From Anaeramoeba ignava BMAN (taxonomy: Eukaryota; Protista; Anaeramoebae), in contig JAPDFW010000103.1 of NCBI GenBank assembly GCA_028826165.1, positions 372,001 to 436,000 on the forward strand: 64,000 nucleotides of DNA, read 5' to 3'. The position numbers were made by a program, and so were the translations under genes. The notes beneath the pieces were generated by a model. The model was not told the DNA's origin. It made no database searches and was given only the letters and a program-made list of their open reading frames with translations. Of the stretch, positions 56,101-64,000 are shown in pieces (position 1 is the stretch's first letter; each line of letters opens with the position of its first letter).

Positions 56101-57416
56101 TCAGCACCATTATCTACAAGTAATTGAATTATTGCTAAATCACACCCATTTTTACAAGCTTCATGAAGCGGTGAATTTGACTAATAAAAATTTTGAACAA
56201 ATAAATAAATTATAAAAAAAATTCATATTCATATTCATATTTATTTTTTTTTACTTCCTTTTATTTATAAAATTTGAGGAAAAAATCAAATAAATATTGA
56301 ATTATCAACTTATAAATTAATAAATCACATTCTAAAATTGAAAAATTTAATATCAAAAAAAAAATCTTTCATTCTTTTTTTTTTTCAATTATTTACATCA
56401 ATCATTGTGCAATCTGCTCCATCTTCAATTAACGCTTGAATACCTTCTAATGAAGCAAAACTCATACAAGCTTGATGAAGACATGTTTTTTTCTTTTATA
56501 TTTAAATTCAAATGAGATTTTCAAACTTTTTTTTTATTTTCTAAATGATAAAAAATTACAGTCTAAAAATCATTTAATTTCAAATTAAATTTTTATTCCA
56601 TTTTTTTTAATTGAAAAAAAAAAATTACTTTCTATAAATTTAAAATGAGTTAATTCAATCAAAAAAAATATTAAAAAAAAATTGTTTTAAATTAAGATAA
56701 AAAAAGTCAAACATTTTTTGCATTTGGATTTGAACCTAAAGTAATCAATAGATGAATTGCTTCTGCCTTTGGTTTGTTTTTACATAAAATATGGAGAGGA
56801 ATTTCTTTCTTTTATATTAATTTGATAAAACAAGTAAAAAAAAATAATTCCAAATTTAAAAATTGAAAAATTTCAATTTAAATTTACATTCTAATAAAAA
56901 ATCAAAATCAAAATTAAAATTAAAATCAAAATTAAATTAAAATCAAAATTAAAATTAATTTAAAATCAAAATTAAAATTAAAATCAAAATTAAATTAAAA
57001 TCAAAATTTACATCCTAATAAAAATTAAAATTAAAATAAAAATTAAAATTAAAATTAAAATTATAAAAATAAAAATTATAATTAAAATTAAAATTAAAAT
57101 TAAAATTAAAATAATTAAAATTAAAATTAAAATTAAATTTAAAAATTAAAATACGTTTTTCACATTCACATCTGAACCAGCAAAAATCAATTCACGAAGT
57201 ATTATAGGAGAGATATTTTGAACACCACATGCAAAATGAAGAGCACTTTTATCAGCCTTTATTTATAATTTTAAATTAAAAAATAAGAAAAATAAAAACT
57301 GAAAAAATTTTTAATTGAGAAATTACTCCAAAATCAACTAAATTTAATTTTTGTTGAAGAATTCTTTGAATTCGATATAAATCTCCAAGAATAATTGCTT
57401 CTCTAAGTGTTTGCAT
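53133..57416 (-). CDS. Ankyrin-repeat - BTB - BTB protein with C-terminal transmembrane anchor
   Basis: Major exons 57416-57326, 57256-57155, 56808-56713, 56492-56397, 56180-56085, 55886-55791, 55560-55465, 54117-54022, 53960-53133. Ankyrin motifs SALHFAC, IPLHILC, TCLHQAC, SPLHEAC, TPLHFAA; BTB motifs IRCHALILNAR and IKVHKLILLARSDYF; tail SVIFLWIVYLIIKWAFY. Confidence 0.88.
54125..55440. repeat. Intronic 12-bp repeat (ATAAATAATTTT)n
   Basis: Fills the intron between ankyrin exons 6 and 7. Confidence 0.9.
55634..57014 (-). other. Ten predicted 3-nt microexons in five pairs
   Basis: AG|NNN|GT on the minus strand at 57012-57014 (GAT), 56888-56890 (AAT), 56629-56631 (AAA), 56560-56562 (ACT), 56329-56331 (AAT), 56255-56257 (GAA), 56015-56017 (AAA), 55955-55957 (TCT), 55711-55713 (GAT), 55634-55636 (ACT). 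Confidence 0.85.
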
Positions 57417-57803
57417 TTTTTAAAAGAATAAAAGAAAAATGAAAAATGAAAAAAAAATGATTTGAGAATTTTTATTTTTTTTTAAATTAAAAAATTTTAT
57501 TTATTTTTTTCTAAAAATTTATAAACTGTCAAAAAAAAATGGGAATAAAAAATAATCTCAAATTCAAAATCAAATTCAAATTCAAATTCAAATTCAAATT
57601 CAAATTCAAATTCAAATTCAAAATTAAAATTCAAATTAAAATTCAAATTAAAATTAAAATTCAAAATTAAAATTAAAATTAAAATTCAAATTAAAATTCA
57701 AATTCAAATTAAAATTCAAATTCAAATTCAAATTCAAATTAAAATTCATTTTCAAATTCAAATTCAAATTCAAATTAAAATTCATTTTCCGTTTTTTTTT
57801 TCT

Positions 57804-58289
57804 TCATTTCTTTTCAAAAGGATTTGCAATTTCTTCTGTTCCTTCTGAAGGAAAAATTACACAAATTGATGAACTTTTACAAACAACAAGTCCTAAATAA
57901 ACTAATTTATCAGTTACTTGAAAGAAATTTGAAGGATCTAAAAAATTAATCAATTAAAAAATGATTAAAAAAAAATTTTTAATTTAAAATTTCCGTTTTT
58001 TTTTTTGTTTTGTAAAAAATTTTTAATCATGCCTTGTGAATATTCTGATGCTTCTTCAAGAACAATATTAAATACTTTATCAAATCCAGTTAATGTGCCA
58101 ACAACTTTTATTTGAGAGAATTATATCATAAATTTAATTAAAAAGGAACAAAATCATTTTATTAAATTTTTTATTAAATTTTTTATTATATTTTTTATTA
58201 CTTTGTCTTCCATCAAGAAATTTAATTTCAATTTTTTTTCCAAAATATCTTTTTAAATCAATTGATTTAAAATCATTTCTTCTTGACAT
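57804..58289 (-). CDS. LSM7: U6 snRNA-associated Sm-like protein LSm7 (divergent)
   Basis: Exons 58289-58202, 58104-58033, 57937-57804 give MSRRNDFKSIDLKRYFGKKIEIKFLDGRQIVGTLTGFDKVFNIVLEEASEYSQDPSNFFQVTDKLVYLGLVVCKSSSICVIFPSEGTEEIANPFEKK*. Absent from the ORF track. Confidence 0.85.
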
Positions 58290-58583
58290 TTTCAAATAAT
58301 TAAAAAAATGAAAAATGAAAAATGAAAAATGAAAAATTAAAAAAATTAATTTTTAGTTTGTTTTTTATTTCATTCAAAAAAAAAATAAAACTAGGATGTT
58401 TTGAAGAAATTAAAATTGAAATTAAAATTGAAATTAAAATTAAAATTAAAATTAAAATTAAAATTGAAATTAAAATTAAAATTGAAATTAAAATTGAAAT
58501 TAAAATTAAAATTGAAATTGAAATTAAAATTGAAATTGAAATTAAAATTGAAATTAAAATTGAAATTAAAATTGAAATTAATT

Positions 58584-61469
58584 TCAAATAATTTTTGATT
58601 CAGAAATTTGAACAAATTGTTGACATTCTTGAGGAGATCTGAAAGAAATGAGAAAAGTATTTGAAAGAACTTTAAGTCTGCAAATATTTTGGTATTTAGG
58701 ATGAGAAAAAACCAAGAAATCTCGTCTATCATAAGATGATTTCAAAACTTGATTTTGATAATGAACTTGGAATTCATTTTCATAAAAAATTAAATTTTGA
58801 GTTGATAATTTATTAAATTGACGATCAACAAGATCAACAACAAACTGAGCAATAGGAACATTTTGATTTTGATTTTGATTTTGATTTTTATATTGATTTT
58901 GATTTTGATTTTGATTTTGAATTTGATTTTGATATTGATATGGATTTTTATATTGATTTTGATTTTGATTTTGATTTTGATTTTGATTTTGATTTTGATT
59001 TTGATTTTGATTTTGATTTTGATTTTGATTTCCTTTTCGAATTAATTTCTGTAATTTTCGGAAATTTTGAAATAAACTTTCATAATCCTTTTTTGAATTT
59101 AAATGGAAGAAAATTCTTGTAGCATCTTCAAAAACAAAAATACAAGAATTATCATAAGTTGGATGTGATCCAAGTTTTGTTTTTGCAATACTTTCTGTGC
59201 GCGATCCCAAAGAATTAGAAGCAACAATGAGTTTTTCACTTGTTAAATAAACAGTTCCATTTTCAATTTTTTTTAAATGTTTATCAACAATATCAAGTTG
59301 AATAGTAAATAAAATTTCTTGTTTTTGATGTGAAGGAACTAAATTAGGATTTGAAGGTTTTTCGAAAGTGTTTTGTTGATAATCTTGCGAATCATCTGTC
59401 ATTTCTATTTCACTTTCCAAAAGTTGATTTGAAAATTTTTGAGGAGCTTCATTATCATAACTTGATATTGATTCATTGTCTGTTTCAAAACCATCTCCTT
59501 TTTCTGATTCATTATCAGTTTTGAATTCATTTTCAGTTTTAAATTCATTATCAGTTTTAAATTCATTATCAGTTTTAAATTCATTATCAGTTTTAAATTC
59601 ATTTTCAGTTTTAAATTCATTATCAGTTTTAAACTCATTTTCAGTTTGAAATTCATTTTCAGTTTTAAACTCATTATCAGTTTTAAACTCACTTTCAGTT
59701 TGAAATTCATTATCAGTTTTAAACTCATTATCAGTTTTAAAGTCACTATCCATTTGAGAATCTTCTTTATTAATATTACTTTCTGTTTTCGTTCTTGCTT
59801 CTTGAGTAATTTCTTGATCTAATGAAATTTCTTTTGAATCTTCTTGATCATATTTCTTCATCTCTCTTTCTTTTCTTTTATTATATAAGGCTAAAAAAAT
59901 CTTTGATTTTGTTTTGTTTGGAAACTTAATGAATGTTTGATAAGTTTTTGATTCAATTTTGTAATAAAGATTAGCAATTGTTTCAAAACTGATTTTTAAG
60001 TTATTATATCGAAATCTCATAATTTTTTTGGGTAATATTAAATGAAGTTCTTTGAGATCTAAAGATATTATTGATGTATATTGCTTTTTTTTGTTATTAT
60101 CGACAACATCAACTTTGAATTTAATGATTGATTCTGGAGAGATAATTTCCTTTTTAGTTTTGGATTTACTTTTTTTAGGATTTTTTGAACTTTTTTGAAT
60201 TTCTTTTGGTTTTTTTGGTTTTTTTGATTTTTTTGGTTGAATTTGATCATCAGTTTGAATTTGATCATCAGTTTCAACTTTATCATCAGTTTGAATTTTA
60301 TCATCAGTTTCAATTTTATCATCAGTTTCAATTTGATCATCAGTTTCAACTTTATCTTCAAATTCCAATTTTTTTTTATTTTTAGGATTTTTTCTAATTT
60401 CTCTGTTATTTTCATTTTTTTTAATAGAATCAACTGGTAAATTTGAATAAATTTTCCTGTAAATTTCAACAAATTCCATTTTTTTTTCAACTGAAGTAAA
60501 ATCAACAACAACAGCTTGATTATCAAGAAATTTCAAACGAAGACAAGTTTCTTTTTTTGGATGATTTGCAAATTTAATTTCTGATTTACATGATTGAGTT
60601 TTATTGAATTTGCTTGATACAATAACTACATGATTGTTATATTTTTGAATTGAAATTCTCCCAGAAAATTGATGATCTAAATGTTTATCAAGGAAATCAA
60701 TTTGATCTTCGAAAAGAGTGTTTGAATCCATTAACCAATTTAATATTGGAATTAAATCTTCTTTTTGTTCGTATTGATTGAGTTGTTTTGGAAGATGATT
60801 TTTTTCAAGATTTCCAAAAATGGTTTTTTTATTATCAACGATCGATTTTCTTTAAAAGAAAAAAATATTTTTAATTATATATATTTATATTTATATTTAT
60901 ATTTATATTTATATTTATATTTATATTTTTATTTATATATATATTTATATTTATATTTATATTTATATTTATATTTATATTTATAATTATATTTATATTT
61001 ATATTTATATTTATATTTATATTTATATTTATATTTATATTTATATTTATATTTATATTTATATTTATATTTATATTTATATTTATATTTATATTTATAT
61101 TTATATTTATATTTATATTTATATTTATATTTATATTTATATTTTATTTATATTTATATTTATATATTTTTATATTTATATTTATATTTATATTTATATT
61201 TATATTTATATTTTTATTTTTTTAAATATATTTATATTGATATTTATATTTATATTTTTAATTGTATTTTTAATTGTAAAATGTTCTTAAATTTATTGTT
61301 TTTTTGTTTTTTGTTTTGCTTACTTGATTTTTATTTTATCTTTTGGGAATATTTTTTTTAAAAGTTTTGTAACTTTTGTTAAAAACATTTTTTCATTCAT
61401 TTTCATTGAAAAATCTTCTTGGATTATATTAGAAACCCAATTAAAAATTAAATCTTGGTTTTCTTGCAT
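58584..61469 (-). CDS. Uncharacterised protein: weak CH-like N-terminus, about 4 repeated beta-rich (PH-like) modules, hexapeptide repeats
   Basis: Exons 61469-61324 and 60849-58584 join in phase 2. Modules begin FKVDVVD / IQLDIVD / FVVDLVD and contain HP[K/T][K/Y] motifs; EFKTDN and DD[K/Q]I[E/Q]T tandem repeats. Confidence 0.65.
60875..61260. repeat. Intronic hexamer (TTTATA)n
   Basis: Near-perfect array inside intron 60850-61323. Confidence 0.92.
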
Positions 61470-61550
61470 TTAAAATGGTAAAAAAAAAAAAGAAAAAAAT
61501 GATTTTTAATTTTTAATTTTTTTTTTTCATTTTTTTTTTTAAATTTTTAA

Positions 61551-64000
61551 ATGTTAAAAATTATTTCTAAAAATAAAAATAAAAATAAAAATCAAAATCA
61601 AAATCAAAATCAAGGAATTGCTTTCATTTCAATTGATTCTGCAAATAAATTTCATTTTAAAAATAATTCTTGGATTAAACTTACTCAATATCAACAAAAA
61701 ACAAAAGAAATATCAAATCATAATAAGGAAATTTATCTTCATTTAAAATTTTCAAAAAATATTCCAAATGATTTTCTTATTTTAAACTCTCATGACATTC
61801 AAAATAATCAATTTGAAGAAAATCAAAATGTAGAAATTAAAGAAATTTCATTTCGAAATATTTTAATATGGAAATACATTATATTATATCCACAAAATAT
61901 TGAAGAAATTTTGACTCAATCACTTTTACCTCAAGAAAAATCAATTCAACAATTAATTCAATCAAAATTTATAAAATCAAATGGAATTATTACATTCACT
62001 TTGAGAAATAACCAAGAAATCAATTTTTATTGCAAGTGCTTCCCAGAATCAAATAATTTGATGTTTGAAAATTATGATCCAAAATCTGAAAACTGGGGAA
62101 TTGTCCAAAAATCAACACATGTTATTGTTGAAAAATCTCAATTATTTTATGAATTGAATTTTGAAAAAAATGAACCAAAACTTTCAATTTGCAAATCCCC
62201 AACAAAATATCAATACAAACTAATGCTTATGTTTGAGGAGCCAATGATTCAATCAACAAAATCAATTTTGATTGATGGATCAATGGGAATGGGAAAAACA
62301 GAAATTATCAAAGAAATTGCCTATTCAAAAGGAATAAATTTGATAGAAGCTACAATTTCAACAATTTTTACAGCACAAGAAGGTCCAAATATTCGTCGCA
62401 TTTTTGAAAGAGCAAAAGCAATGGAACCTTCTATTATTTTGTTTGACAACGTTGAGTCCATTTTCGATTCCAACCAAAAATATTCCGGAAACAACTTAAT
62501 CTCTCAATTTATTCACGAAATGGATTCTCTTTTTTCATCCCATATTGAAAATATGATAACAAATATCATTTTCGATTCACAACAAAACGAGAATCATTTC
62601 CAATTCTATAAACACGAAAATCCAAGAGTTTATGTTGTTGCAACAACAACAAAAATTGATTCAATTCCAAGAGGTGTATCCAAAAAATTTGAGGATCGGA
62701 TTTCAATTCCCATTCCTACATCAAAAGAAAGAATTCAAATTCTTCAATCACTTTTTACTCAATCAAATTTGGAATTGAATATTTCTGATATGAAAAAGAT
62801 TGATGAATATTTTCAAGGTTTTGTCTGTGCAGATTTAGTGAGAATTGCAAATGAAATTAAATGGAAAAAGGAGAAAGAAAATGAAACAATAATTTGTGAA
62901 GATGATTTTAATGATATTATCCAAATGAGGAAACAGATATCAAGTACTATGAAAGGTATTGAAGTTATTGAACCTCGAGTTAAATGGGATGATATAATTG
63001 GAATGGATGAAATTAAGAAGAGTCTTCAGCAAGTTGTTGTATGGAATTATAGATACAAGACAGAATTAATGCATTTTGGAGTTGATTTATCTACTGGTGT
63101 ATTGTTATATGGTCCACCAGGAACTGGTATAATATTTAAAATCATTCAAATGAAATATTTAAATTAAATCAATTTTAAAACCATTTTTAAATCAATTTTA
63201 GAATCGTTTTTAAATTGAATCAAAAATTTAAATTAAATCAAATATTTAAATTAAATTGATATTTAAATCAAATATTTGAATCAAATGTTTAAAATAAATC
63301 AAATATTTAAATTAAATTGATATTTAAATCAAATTGATAATTAAATTGATATTTAAATTAAATTGATATTCAAATCAAATTGATATTTAAATCAAATTGA
63401 TATTTAAATCAAATTGATATTCAAATCAAATCAAATATTTAAATCAAATCGAATATTTAAATCAAATTGATATTTAAATTAAATCAAATATTTAAATTAA
63501 ATCGATATTTAAATTAAATCAAATATTTAAATTAAATCAAATATTTAAATTAAATCAAATATTTAAATTAAATTGATATTTAAATCAAATTGATATTTAA
63601 ATTAAATCAAATATTTAAATTAAATCAAATATTTAAATTAAATTGATATTTAAATCAAATATTTAAATTAAATTGATATTTAAATCAAATTGATATTTAA
63701 ATCAAATTGATATTTAAATCAAATTGATATTTAAATCAAATATTTAAATTAAATCAAATATTTAAATTAAATCAAATATTTAAATCAAATATTTAAATTT
63801 TTAGGTAAGACAATGCTTGCAAAAGCTTGTGCAACTGAATCAAATGCTAGTTTTATTTATGTAGATATGACTCAAGTTATAAAATCATTAGTTGGAGACT
63901 CTGAAAGAATTATATCAGAAATATTTAAAAAAGCAAGACTTAGTAGTCCAGCAATTATATTTTTTGATGAAATACAAGCCATTTTTGGATCAAGAGATGA
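61551..64000 (+). CDS. Type II (double-ring) CDC48-family AAA+ ATPase, AFG2/SPATA5-like; partial
   Basis: Exon 61551-63126, intron 63127-63804, exon from 63805. D1 GSMGMGKT/ILFDNVE is degenerate; D2 VKWDDIIG...GVLLYGPPGTGKTMLAKA...VGDSER...IIFFDEI. Confidence 0.85.

Overview
Gene-dense, extremely AT-rich nuclear DNA from an intron-rich protist using the standard genetic code. By inference it is an Anaeramoeba-like metamonad, based on the BTB-TLDc expansion, the RGS-DUF547 fusion and Trichomonas-like TCATTTT initiator motifs. I reconstructed 19 genes by hand from splice sites: PP4 catalytic subunit (partial), myosin I, bacterial-type ferritin, a Gly-pentapeptide membrane protein, PARG, DOCK GEF, a LIM/coiled-coil protein, G-alpha, a UVR-motif coiled-coil protein, IWS1, three BTB-TLDc paralogs, RUVBL2, PAS-RGS-DUF547, ankyrin-BTB-BTB-TM, LSM7, a repeat-domain protein and a CDC48-family AAA ATPase (partial). 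Long introns are filled with intron-specific micro/minisatellites, which explains most low-complexity ORFs in the track. The standout is the ankyrin-BTB gene. Each ankyrin repeat is its own exon (96 nt for six of the seven), and five consecutive junctions each contain exactly two AG|NNN|GT single-codon microexons (10 in total). These supply the two variable beta-hairpin residues of the repeat. A second AG|NNN|GT pair sits in a satellite-derived intron of one BTB-TLDc paralog, suggesting how such microexons arise. All exon structures are sequence-only predictions and need RNA-seq.
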